Numbered from the stretch's first letter, positions 1 through 8,555 are shown. The stretch: DNA of 64,000 nt from Candidatus Multivoradales bacterium (GCA_965248925.1 CBDFLE010000005.1:1760001-1824000); one strand, 5' to 3'. A program made the numbers and translations. Notes: generated from the sequence alone by a model not told the origin.

Positions 1-1
1 C

Positions 2-1357
2 CAGAGCTTCGCCGCCGGCAGCTGGGTGGTACCCCTCGACCAGCCCCAAGGGCGGCTGGCGCGAGCCCTCTTCGAGACTCGTTTGGAATTTCCCGATACG
101 GTGTTCTACGACGTCTCGACCTGGACTCTGCCACTGGCCTTCGACATCCCTTGGGCGGCCCTCGACAAGCGCCAACTGGCCGCCGCCAGTGCCGCAACAA
201 GCACCCTGCCGAGCTTCCCCAGCGGCCATTTCGAGCCCACCGAAGAAGCCTATGCCTTCGCCTTCGATTGGTCGGGCTACTACGCTCCGCGGGCGCTCTA
301 TCGACTGCTCCGAGCCGGCGTCCGGGTGCGGGCGTCGAGCAAGCCCTTCGAGGCTCTCACCGCCGCTGGCCGGCACCAGTTCAGCCGCGGCGCGGTGGTC
401 GTCCAGTTGGCCACCCAGGAAGTTCAGCGCAGCTTGATCATCGAGTTGTTGCAGCAGGCAGCGACGGCGGACGCGCTCGAGGTTCACTCCCTGAGCAGCG
501 GTTGGACGCCGCAGGGGGTCGATCTCGGCAGCCCCAGCTTGCAGCCCTTGCGCCGGCCACGGCCGGCTCTGCTGGTGGGCCGTGGCGTCTCCGACTACGA
601 AGCGGGTCAAGCCTGGCACCTGCTCGACCAGCGCTTCGGAATCGAACTACCGCTGATCGACACCGCCCGGCTGCCACAGGTCGATTTGCAACGTTTCAGC
701 CACCTGATCCTGGTCGATGGCGGTTACTCCACCGTCGACGAAGAGATGCGCGCCGAGCTGCGCCGTTGGGTGCATCGTGGCGGCGTTCTGATCGCTATCA
801 AGCAGCCCGTTGAATGGGTCGACCGCCAGATCCGCGAGGATCCCGCCGCCCCCTCGCCGTCCAATGCGAACGCCGAGCCCTCCAGGTCGCCGAGCGGTGA
901 ACCAGCGACTGGCGATGCCGAAACCGCTGAGGACCCCCGCCGTCCCTGGGATCAGCGCGAGCAGGACCGCGCCGAGGCGCTGATCGGCGGCGCCATTTTC
1001 GAAGTCCAGCTCGACACCACCCATCCGTTGGCCTGGGGCTACCCGCGCGACAAGCTGGCGGTGTTTCGCAATCATGCCAAGGTGTGGCAGAGCGAGCCCG
1101 ATCACTACGCCACCGTCGCCCGCTATAGCCCGGCGCCCCTGCTGTCGGGCTACTCGTCGCCCCAAAACGTCTCGCGCATCGCCGGCACTCCGGCGGTCAC
1201 CGCCCACGCCGTCGGCCGCGGCGTGGTCATTCGCCTGGCCGACGATCCCAATTTTCGCGCTTACTGGTTCGGCACCAACAAGTTGTTCTTGAACGGGCTA
1301 TTTTTCGCCCCCTTCCTCAAGGCTGAGCGCAACGGTGACGACGCGGCGCAGGAGTGA
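2..1357 (+). CDS. M14 zinc carboxypeptidase-family protein, C-terminal part with class I glutamine amidotransferase-like domain (5' partial)
   Basis: Frame open from the window start. Segments FYDVSTWTLPLAF, GQAWHLLDQRF, LDTTHPLAWGY and DDPNFRAYWFGTNKLFLN are typical of the C-terminal half of this family. Confidence 0.75.
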   Translation, partial: QSFAAGSWVVPLDQPQGRLARALFETRLEFPDTVFYDVSTWTLPLAFDIPWAALDKRQLAAASAATSTLPSFPSGHFEPTEEAYAFAFDWSGYYAPRALYRLLRAGVRVRASSKPFEALTAAGRHQFSRGAVVVQLATQEVQRSLIIELLQQAATADALEVHSLSSGWTPQGVDLGSPSLQPLRRPRPALLVGRGVSDYEAGQAWHLLDQRFGIELPLIDTARLPQVDLQRFSHLILVDGGYSTVDEEMRAELRRWVHRGGVLIAIKQPVEWVDRQIREDPAAPSPSNANAEPSRSPSGEPATGDAETAEDPRRPWDQREQDRAEALIGGAIFEVQLDTTHPLAWGYPRDKLAVFRNHAKVWQSEPDHYATVARYSPAPLLSGYSSPQNVSRIAGTPAVTAHAVGRGVVIRLADDPNFRAYWFGTNKLFLNGLFFAPFLKAERNGDDAAQE

Positions 1358-1384
1358 GGGCCTTGGGCTGATAGCCTTATCGCT

Positions 1385-1849
1385 GTGCGAATGCCAGAAT
1401 CCACCAAGCCGATGAATAGCAAAACCGCCGCGAAAACTCGCCAGATAGTCCGCCAGCTGAAAAATGCCCTGGCCGATCGGGAAGAGGTCGCCGTGGCCTA
1501 CCTCTTTGGTTCGGTAGCCCGTCAGGAGGCGAGCCCCGGCAGTGATGTCGACGTCGCCATCCTGCTGGCAAAACCGGTTTCAAGCCCGCTGCATTTTCGT
1601 GCCTGCCTGGCCGAAGATCTCGGCCGCGCCACTCGCCGACGGGTCGACGTGGTCCTACTCAGCGAAGCCTCGCCGGTGCTCGCTGCGCGGGTGATCTGGG
1701 ACGGTCTAACCATCCTGTCGCGCGATGAATCGGCTCGAGTTCGTTTCGAATGCCATGCGTTGTCGCGTTACTTTGATACCGCCCCCCTGCGTCGGGTCCA
1801 CGAAAAAGCATTGCTCGACGACATTGCCGAGGGCCGCTTCCTTGGTTGA
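1385..1849 (+). CDS. mntA: MNT-family nucleotidyltransferase antitoxin (MntA-like, type VII TA)
   Basis: YLFGSVARQEASPGSDVDVAI carries the GSx10DxD motif; RRVDVV also present; overlaps the downstream HEPN gene. Start may be at 1412. Confidence 0.85.
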   Translation: MRMPESTKPMNSKTAAKTRQIVRQLKNALADREEVAVAYLFGSVARQEASPGSDVDVAILLAKPVSSPLHFRACLAEDLGRATRRRVDVVLLSEASPVLAARVIWDGLTILSRDESARVRFECHALSRYFDTAPLRRVHEKALLDDIAEGRFLG

Positions 1850-2273
1850 CCGCGAAGTGATCGTGGCGCGCCTCGAATTGCTGCGACTCAATGTTCGGCG
1901 GCTGCGAGACGTGCTGGCGGCAGGTAGAGAGGCTTTTCTGGCCGAGGAAGATCTCTTCCTCAAAGCCGAAAGGTGCTTGCAAGTAGCACTGCAAGCGATG
2001 CTCGATATCGGCAATCATCTGATCGCTAGCGAGGGCCTGGCCAGGCCCCACGGCTATGAAGACATCGTACCTTCCCTGGCTCGGGCAGGATTGATCGACG
2101 CGGCTCTGGCGAAGCAGCTGCGCGGCGCGGCGGGCATGCGTAACATTCTCGTCCACGCTTACCTCCGCATCGACCACGAGCTGATTTTCACTGAGCTGGA
2201 AAGAGATCTGCCAAGCTTGGAGGAATTCGCTCGGCAGATCGCGGCTTTACTTGCTCGCCAGGAAAAAGGCTAG
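1842..2273 (+). CDS. hepT: HEPN/DUF86 ribonuclease toxin (HepT-like)
   Basis: TTG start at 1842 overlaps the mntA stop; RNILVHAY fits the Rx4HxY motif; AERCLQVALQAMLDIGNHLIA is a DUF86-type helix. Confidence 0.85.
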   Translation: MVDREVIVARLELLRLNVRRLRDVLAAGREAFLAEEDLFLKAERCLQVALQAMLDIGNHLIASEGLARPHGYEDIVPSLARAGLIDAALAKQLRGAAGMRNILVHAYLRIDHELIFTELERDLPSLEEFARQIAALLARQEKG

Positions 2274-2290
2274 CGTATCGCGGTACCGCC

Positions 2291-2337
2291 GCGAGGGGTT
2301 GAAACCCCTCGCTCCTGCATAACGTCCCCGTGGGACG
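2291..2337. repeat. REP-like double palindrome between convergent genes
   Basis: GCGAGGGGT-TGAA-ACCCCTCGC hairpin (2291-2312) followed by CGTCCC-CGT-GGGACG (2323-2337). Confidence 0.5.
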
Positions 2338-2371
2338 AGGAAAGTAGACCTCCTCAAACCTGGTTTCTTGC

Positions 2372-3766
2372 TCAGAGCTTCAGCTGCCGCGCCGGCAGAC
2401 CCCGACAACGGCCACGCTGGAGTAGCTCGCGAGCGTGGTCAATCGCCGCTTGGGTGAGTTCTTGAGCCTCGGCGATTCGGCTGAGTTCGAGGATCGCGCC
2501 CTCGATCAAGCTGTTGCTCTCCTCTACCATCAGCACAGAGGCCATCTCGCGAGCCCGAGTGCCGGCCTCTCGGTGCGCCCCCAAGGCAAGCAAGGTTTCC
2601 ACCAAGTCCACGGTCAGCAGGGCGGCGTCAAGCAAGCTGATCTCACTGAGGTGGCGAAGGGCGCGCTTGAAACCCTGCCGAGCGCGCTCGAATTCGCCCC
2701 GGCGGTAGGCCAGCTCGGCGCCAGTCCAAGCCAAGTGTCCTTGGACCAGCGGCCATTCCTCCCCCAGTTCCACCGCCCGCCGCCACTGGGCAGTGGCCTT
2801 GCTGGTCTCGCCGACTTTGCTGAGAGCCACGGCGTAGAGCCGATGGCCAGCGGACCGCAGAGCGTACTCGGTCACCGGGCAGGCATCGATAGCCAGGGCG
2901 TAGAACGGCAACGCGGCGCTAGTACGCGCGGCAAAGTGGCAGCTGTTGGCTTGCAAGAGCAGACTCACGGTCAAGCGGCTGAAGTCCCCCATCGCCAGTG
3001 CCCGGCTAGCCGCTGCCCGGCCCACCTCGGCAGCCTTTTCAGCATTGCCGCGGGTCAACCACTGGCCACCCACCAGCAGATCCCAACGCAGACGCAAAGC
3101 TGGCGACAAGGGCAGCATCGGCCACCACACCGCTGCCGCGATCTGCTCGCCGGTGCTCAGCCAGCCGCCGGTTCGACAAGCCGCCATCAGCACCCGCGCC
3201 ACCTCGGCCACTGCCTCGCAGCCGCGCCGGGTATGCACCGCAGCGCCACGGACCAAGGCCAGACCCAGTCCGATCGCGGCGGCTGGATCGTGTTGCAGCA
3301 CGTCCTGAAGATGGGCGCAGGCCAAGCTCACCGCCGGCAACGAACGCCAGCGGGGATCTTGGGCAAAACTGTCACCGAGGGCACTTGGCGGACAGTAGGT
3401 CAACAGGCCCCGCAGATGCTCCTCCGAGCCCGCCTCGGCAGGCTGCCGTTCGCCACCGAGAAAAGCCTGGCGCAAGCTGGCGGCCACCACCTTGGCCGGG
3501 CCACTCGCCACCCCTTCAGGAGGCCCTTCTCCAGCCACCAAGCGCAGCCGATCGAAGAAATCTGCGGCCGGCACCTGCAACACCTCTAGCACTCTTTCGA
3601 GCTGCTCAAAGCTGATCCGCTCACCGGCCAAGAGCTTCGATAGATAGCCACTCGAAATACCACCCCGGCGCTCGATCTCACACAGCCGCAGGGGATGCGC
3701 GGTGACGACTCGCCGCAGCACGCGGCAAACAATCTTCTGACAACCCGCTATTCGCTCCTCGCTCAT
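2372..3766 (-). CDS. XRE-type HTH protein with C-terminal TPR-like helical repeats
   Basis: N-terminal LCEIERRGGISSGYLSKLLAG...LERVLEVLQVPAADFF HTH, then Ala/Leu-rich TPR-like helices. ATG 3766 has a GAGGA RBS. Confidence 0.65.
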   Translation of the reverse strand: MSEERIAGCQKIVCRVLRRVVTAHPLRLCEIERRGGISSGYLSKLLAGERISFEQLERVLEVLQVPAADFFDRLRLVAGEGPPEGVASGPAKVVAASLRQAFLGGERQPAEAGSEEHLRGLLTYCPPSALGDSFAQDPRWRSLPAVSLACAHLQDVLQHDPAAAIGLGLALVRGAAVHTRRGCEAVAEVARVLMAACRTGGWLSTGEQIAAAVWWPMLPLSPALRLRWDLLVGGQWLTRGNAEKAAEVGRAAASRALAMGDFSRLTVSLLLQANSCHFAARTSAALPFYALAIDACPVTEYALRSAGHRLYAVALSKVGETSKATAQWRRAVELGEEWPLVQGHLAWTGAELAYRRGEFERARQGFKRALRHLSEISLLDAALLTVDLVETLLALGAHREAGTRAREMASVLMVEESNSLIEGAILELSRIAEAQELTQAAIDHARELLQRGRCRGLPARQLKL

Positions 3767-4101
3767 AGTGTCCTCATCCCTGGTCTTGAATCCCAACTCC
3801 CCATCATTGAGTCTCTATTTTCTAAGCAATCAATAGGGGCTATTCACAACTTTCTACGATTATAGAGTGTTTCTCTTCAGAGTTCTTGGCAATCTCTTAC
3901 CAATTTCAGGGAAATCGACCAGGCGATGGGATGCGGCGATAGCTTGTTCTCGATGACCCACGCAGCCACCAGCCCAGCGAGCAGAGCGCTCGCCAGAGTC
4001 GCCAGCCCGCGGGTACTGAGCGCGGCGACGAGCGGGCATCGCGACCGTCACCTGCCCCCCTCTCCAGAAGTCGTCGCGCGGTGCGGCGTCAATCTGCTGT
4101 C

Positions 4102-4148
4102 CCCCGGCCGGGGTCCTGCTCTCTCGGGGCTCTGGCCGGGGTCTTTTT
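4102..4148 (+). terminator. Intrinsic terminator-like hairpin upstream of ORF 4189
   Basis: CCCCGGCCGGGGTCC pairs with GGGCTCTGGCCGGGG (some G-U pairs) and is followed by TCTTTTT. Confidence 0.55.
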
Positions 4149-4188
4149 ACTCAGCTTGCCCTGACCGCGCAGGCTTGAAAGGACTTCA

Positions 4189-4557
4189 ATGAGCCAGCAA
4201 TGCCCAACCGACCCAGCCGACGACCTCCAGCTGCAGTTGACCAAGGCCGCCGACCTCCTCGCCCGCGTCACCCACCTGCTGCGCCAACTAGCCCCCGACG
4301 ACCTACCCACCGAGCCGGCAGCAGACGCTCCCCTAGTCGCCGCCGCCTTGCAGCTGCTGCCGGTGGTGCGCCAGATCTACCTCCGCCCCGCCACTCTGGC
4401 AGTCAAATCGTTGATTCTGGCCCTGGCCGGCGAGGACAGCGATACCGATCAGGCCCTCGACCTGCTACGCCAGCTGATCAGCACCGAGATCCAGGACTTC
4501 CGCTGCTACACCGACGGCCCCTGCTGGCCCTCACCGAGTGCGGGAGAGATTATCTAG
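4189..4557 (+). CDS. Hypothetical helical protein
   Basis: 122-aa ORF with AAGGA RBS and GC-rich third positions; no recognisable family. Confidence 0.5.
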   Translation: MSQQCPTDPADDLQLQLTKAADLLARVTHLLRQLAPDDLPTEPAADAPLVAAALQLLPVVRQIYLRPATLAVKSLILALAGEDSDTDQALDLLRQLISTEIQDFRCYTDGPCWPSPSAGEII

Positions 4558-4594
4558 GCGCCAAGTAGAAACCTAGGATCAGGCGTTGATAGGG

Positions 4595-4906
4595 CTAGGG
4601 AGACTTATCGTCACAATGGGCCAGAGCCACCTCGACGGTCTCGCCCTCAGGCTCCGAGGCGACCACCTCTTCAGCCTGGCAGAGGGTCCAACTCGGGTTC
4701 CTACTCTCGTAGTCAGCCAGCTGAACCTTGTAGCGGATCCCCGGGTAAGCCGTGCGCACCTTGCCGACAAAAACCGCATCGGCTGAAGAATAGCTAGCAC
4801 AGGGCGTTGCCGATCCCACACAAGAGCAAGATTTAACAGCACCAGCACCGCAGAAGAGCAAGGTCACGACAAACATCGTCGCTCTTAACCACTGAATCGC
4901 AAGCAT
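4595..4906 (-). CDS. Secreted TIMP/NTR-like protein, probably truncated
   Basis: GGAGGT RBS, signal peptide, then CSCVGSATPCASYSSADAVFVGKV, which matches the CxC...AD.VF.GKV start of TIMP-like domains; only 103 aa. Confidence 0.5.
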   Translation of the reverse strand: MLAIQWLRATMFVVTLLFCGAGAVKSCSCVGSATPCASYSSADAVFVGKVRTAYPGIRYKVQLADYESRNPSWTLCQAEEVVASEPEGETVEVALAHCDDKSP

Positions 4907-4954
4907 GCAGGGAACCTCCATCTACCATCATTGCGCCGCGGCCGGATGCTTAGC

Positions 4955-5341
4955 TCAGAACATCCGCGAAGCCATCTCCACCAAGGCAACGCCCGCCGGC
5001 ACCAGAGCGCTGCCAGTTTCGGCGGCGTTCTTCAACACCTCGCTGGCGGTCTTCAGCTTACCCAGCACGGCGGCGCCGTTGGGCCGCGACTTCTCCAGCT
5101 GCTGCCGGGCCCCCGCTAGCTCAGCGTCCACCACTTCAGTGATTTCGGCGTCCAGACCACCGCGATCGAGCTCACCCCGCAGCTGGTCCAGCGCCGCCAA
5201 CAGCTCGCCGAGCGAAGACCCACCAGCCTGCTGAACCCGAGCTTTTCCAGCCGCCAGAGTGGAGCCGACCACGCTGCCGCCCACCGCAATTCCGCCGTTC
5301 GACGCGCTGACTGATTGGGGATCGTGCTTATCTTCCGGCAT
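4955..5341 (-). CDS. Small protein with N-terminal amyloid-like (BASS/RHIM-like) motif and C-terminal amphipathic helical bundle
   Basis: AGGAAGGTGA RBS; VSASNGGIAVGGSVVGSTLAAG motif; helical C-terminus ending in a hydrophobic helix (SALVPAGVALVEMASRMF). Confidence 0.7.
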   Translation of the reverse strand: MPEDKHDPQSVSASNGGIAVGGSVVGSTLAAGKARVQQAGGSSLGELLAALDQLRGELDRGGLDAEITEVVDAELAGARQQLEKSRPNGAAVLGKLKTASEVLKNAAETGSALVPAGVALVEMASRMF

Positions 5342-5378
5342 CGCTTCACCTTCCTAATTTGGATTATTGTCGAAGCAA

Positions 5379-5406
5379 CAGAAGTCAGAAATCAGGAATC
5401 AGAATT
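5379..5406. repeat. Four imperfect tandem heptamers
   Basis: CAGAAGT CAGAAAT CAGGAAT CAGAATT, overlapping the end of the NACHT-SUMF1 gene. Confidence 0.6.
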
Positions 5407-8342
5407 CGCCAGGGAGAGAACCACTCGAAAACCGATGTCGCCGAGGAAGTTCCCAGGATCGAACCCGAGCGAGAAGCGCAGCGAGCGAAGTCTCCGGAAT
5501 TCCAGTAAGACCCTCCCCTGAGGATCCTGAAGCCTCTTCTTTCAACTTCTTCCCTCTCGTCTGGCTGCCAGCGATAGCCGTACTGCTCCGACCGTGCATC
5601 TTCGCCCCATAGGGTCGAAGTCCACTCCCAGACATTGCCAATGGCGTCTTGTAAACCGAACCCGCCCTGCCCCTCTGGGAACATTCCCACGGACGAGGTT
5701 TGGCTGAGGCCGGTCTCGCGTACATTGGCTTTCTCGGGATCATACTGCGTCTTCCAGGGCCAAATGGTCTGGGCTCCGCCTCGGCTAGCCCGCTCCCATT
5801 CAGCTTCGTTGGGCAAATGTACCCCGAAAGGTTGGCGGCCAACGCCTCGCGGCAGGGGCGCTCTGCGGGTAGTTCTTAGACGCCGACCTAGCCAGCGGCT
5901 GAACGCCAGCGCCTCGAACCAAGAAATGCCCACCACCGGCCGGCTGGGCGAGGCCCAACGCGGATGCCCCCACCAAAAAGGCAGCTGGCGCTTCTCCGGC
6001 GGGCGCCGAGCGAGCCAATCGAGCCAGTTCTTGCGCTCTTCTTCACTCAACCCTTCGATTTCAGGCTCCAACTCACCGCGCAGCCAGGCTAGGCCGCGCT
6101 GGCCCCAGAGATCTGGGTCGTCGTAGTCGACTTCTCGTAGGAAAACCGCGTATTGGGTGTTGGTGATCGGATAGCGACTGATCCAGAAACGGCGCAGCTT
6201 GACCGGGTGAGCGGGCTTTTCCCAGTCCTTGGCCTCGGGGTCGTCGTCGGGGCTGCCAAGGATGAAGCTACCGCGAGGGATGGTCAGCCAATCGATGTCG
6301 GGCCAGACAGTTTCGCCCACGGTGGTGGTGGCGACGCCGGGCCGCGAATCGCCCAAACGGCCGAGGGCATCGCCGGCTTCGAGGCGTTCTTTGGCCGGTA
6401 GATGGCCGCCTGCCACCAGGCGGCTCAGCCATTGGCGAATACGCTCCAGCTGCATGGCGAGGGTGGGCTCGTCCGGCGACAGAAAAGGTGGCTGGAAGTT
6501 GTTGGCCGTTCCTTGCTCTGCCGCGGCCTGGCCCAAGCGTAGCTCGATCGCCAGCAGCCCGGACACCAGGGCACGCCGCCACTGAATATCCTTAACCTGA
6601 TCGACCTCATCTGGAGGATCGCTGGGGAGCAGCAAGAGCAGGGATTCGAGCAGCGACCCGGTGCCACCGCGAGCGATCTTGCCGTAGCCCAATAGGACGA
6701 CTTCCCGCCACCACAGAGGGTCGACTTCGAGTTGCCGGATCAAGGCTCTGGAACCGCCACGATCGGCAAGATAGTGCGCCGCCAGGTATTCCTGAATACA
6801 ACGGTGCGGGAACATGTACACCCCGTCGCGGGGACTGATCAGAAGGCCGGCACGGTCGCGCAAGTAGGCGGTGAGTTGGCGGGTGGTGAGGTCGCCTTGT
6901 AGATCCTCGAAGGCCTCTAGCAACTCATGATGACTGATGTCGGCCGGCCGGTCGACGGTCTGGCCGCTCTCCAGGGTCTCAGACTCAGCCTCGCGCTGGC
7001 GCTGATGAACCGCGAAGGCCAGGGCCGCCAGGGCGTTGAGCAAGCGGGACTCGGGAACTTTGAGCACTCTGAGGATGCTGGGTTCGGTGATCTCCTTTTG
7101 GCTCTCGTCGTCCCAGACCCGGCGCTTGTCTTGCCATCTGTAGAGCAGCAGGTCAGTGCTGGTGGCGTAGAGATCAGCGCGGTCTTCAGGCAACTTGCCG
7201 CTGGCGTGCAAGGTCGCCATCAAGGTAAGCAGTAAAGGCTGCGAGGCCAGGTCTGCGAGGTAGCTCTGATCAGCGATGGCATCGCGCAGCTCCTTGGCTT
7301 TGGCCGCAACATTGAGCGCATCGGTATCTAGCGAGGAACGCACCACCTGGTACCAACGCTCGATGAAGGTCTCGACCTGCGGCTGGCGAAATGGCGCCAC
7401 ACCCAGCGTCTCGAAACCGGACAGCGGCCGGCTTTCTGCGCTGTAAGCGTAAGGACGGGCGGTGACCAGCAGCCGCGATGGCTGCTCGCCGAAGGAGGCC
7501 GCCAGGTCTTCCACCGCCTGCAGCAAGCGCTCGCGGCGGTCGGCGGTGGTCGGCACTTCGTCGAGGCCGTCGAGAATCCACAGACCTCCATCGGTCAGCA
7601 GGCGGCCGCGTAGCAAGTCCATCAGCCGGCGGGCACCGGCCGGATCGATTGCCTCGTCCAGGCTGGCTTGCAATGCGGTCCACAGCAGGCTGGCTTGACC
7701 TTGGCCCAGCCGCGGCACACTGCCCGCCAGTTGACGCAGGGTGAGCCGCACCGGTACCAGCCCCACCAGGCTTTCGGGTAGGCGCCGGTCGCCGGTGGCT
7801 AGCAGGAAGCAGAGGTGCTGAGCGAAAGTGGTCTTGCCGGAGCCCGGATCACCGAGCAGGATGTGATGCCGGGCCTGGCCAGAGACCGCTTCGAGCAAGT
7901 CGCGGTGCTCTCCGTCAGCACCGCGCGCTAGCCGCCAGGACCAATCCCGGCAATCTTCGTCCTCTTTCGGGACGGGCGGCGTCGAGACTTCCAGCTCGAC
8001 GTAGACCTGCGACAGGCGAAGGTCGCTGTTGGCGGTGACGAAACGTGGCTGCACCTTGCCCAGCGGTAGTCGCTCGGCGCGGCCAGCTAGCCACTGCAGG
8101 TAGCTGGCGTAGAGATCATCGTCCGAGAGCGCATTCGCATCACCGACAACAATCTGGGCGTTAATGACGCTGCCGCCAATGGCTAGAGCACCCGCGCTGG
8201 CACTGACCGGCCTTGGCGCCTCTGCGGCCTGCTGACCTAGCTCTTGCTCTATGCGTTGCTTGCGCTCTTCGAGTGCGCGCATCTGCTGCTCGATGTCTTC
8301 GAGCACTGCGGCGCTGCCATCCTGTTTCAATCGATCGGACAT
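5385..8342 (-). CDS. NACHT (STAND) NTPase with C-terminal FGE-sulfatase/SUMF1 (C-type lectin fold) domain; 1-nt frameshift near the 3' end
   Basis: Walker A GDPGSGKTT, Walker B WILDGLDE, PLLLTL and FPHRCIQEYLAA; FGE motifs PITNTQY, PVVGISW, LPNEAEWERA, GNVWEW, RGGS. ATG 8342 has a GGGGAG RBS. The canonical GFRVV end is in another frame (stop 5392). Confidence 0.9.
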   Translation of the reverse strand: MSDRLKQDGSAAVLEDIEQQMRALEERKQRIEQELGQQAAEAPRPVSASAGALAIGGSVINAQIVVGDANALSDDDLYASYLQWLAGRAERLPLGKVQPRFVTANSDLRLSQVYVELEVSTPPVPKEDEDCRDWSWRLARGADGEHRDLLEAVSGQARHHILLGDPGSGKTTFAQHLCFLLATGDRRLPESLVGLVPVRLTLRQLAGSVPRLGQGQASLLWTALQASLDEAIDPAGARRLMDLLRGRLLTDGGLWILDGLDEVPTTADRRERLLQAVEDLAASFGEQPSRLLVTARPYAYSAESRPLSGFETLGVAPFRQPQVETFIERWYQVVRSSLDTDALNVAAKAKELRDAIADQSYLADLASQPLLLTLMATLHASGKLPEDRADLYATSTDLLLYRWQDKRRVWDDESQKEITEPSILRVLKVPESRLLNALAALAFAVHQRQREAESETLESGQTVDRPADISHHELLEAFEDLQGDLTTRQLTAYLRDRAGLLISPRDGVYMFPHRCIQEYLAAHYLADRGGSRALIRQLEVDPLWWREVVLLGYGKIARGGTGSLLESLLLLLPSDPPDEVDQVKDIQWRRALVSGLLAIELRLGQAAAEQGTANNFQPPFLSPDEPTLAMQLERIRQWLSRLVAGGHLPAKERLEAGDALGRLGDSRPGVATTTVGETVWPDIDWLTIPRGSFILGSPDDDPEAKDWEKPAHPVKLRRFWISRYPITNTQYAVFLREVDYDDPDLWGQRGLAWLRGELEPEIEGLSEEERKNWLDWLARRPPEKRQLPFWWGHPRWASPSRPVVGISWFEALAFSRWLGRRLRTTRRAPLPRGVGRQPFGVHLPNEAEWERASRGGAQTIWPWKTQYDPEKANVRETGLSQTSSVGMFPEGQGGFGLQDAIGNVWEWTSTLWGEDARSEQYGYRWQPDEREEVERRGFRILRGGSYWNSGDFARCASRSGSILGTSSATSVFEWFSPWRILIPDF

Positions 8343-8555
8343 AGTGTTTTCTCCCCAATCTAGAGGCAATCCCCAAGACCCATCGGCCGGGTCACGATGC
8401 AAGAACAAAACTGTGCTCGACAATCATATCGTCATGGCTCGCCATACTGGGAAACCCACCACTGGACAGGTTAGAATCGCCGAGCACCCAACGGGTGCAA
8501 GTGTCTTTCCTGGGCCACCGCCCAAGTCTCAACCAGCCTGCTGCGAGGGATCGTG

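Noticed and set aside
2435-3589. Long antisense or alternate-frame ORFs (also 9693-10796, 20559-21587, 29011-30198, 35196-36320, 45840-46919, 62858-63823)
   Set aside because: They shadow well-supported genes and are expected in high-GC DNA with few stop codons; no family motifs.
5385-8423. Complete DGR in this window
   Set aside because: No reverse transcriptase, Avd or second copy of the putative variable region was seen; only a possible remote target.
8343-8555. Glycine riboswitch upstream of gcvP
   Set aside because: No recognisable GGAGA...CCGAAG...CTCAGG aptamer pattern; the short spacer is shared with the divergent NACHT gene.
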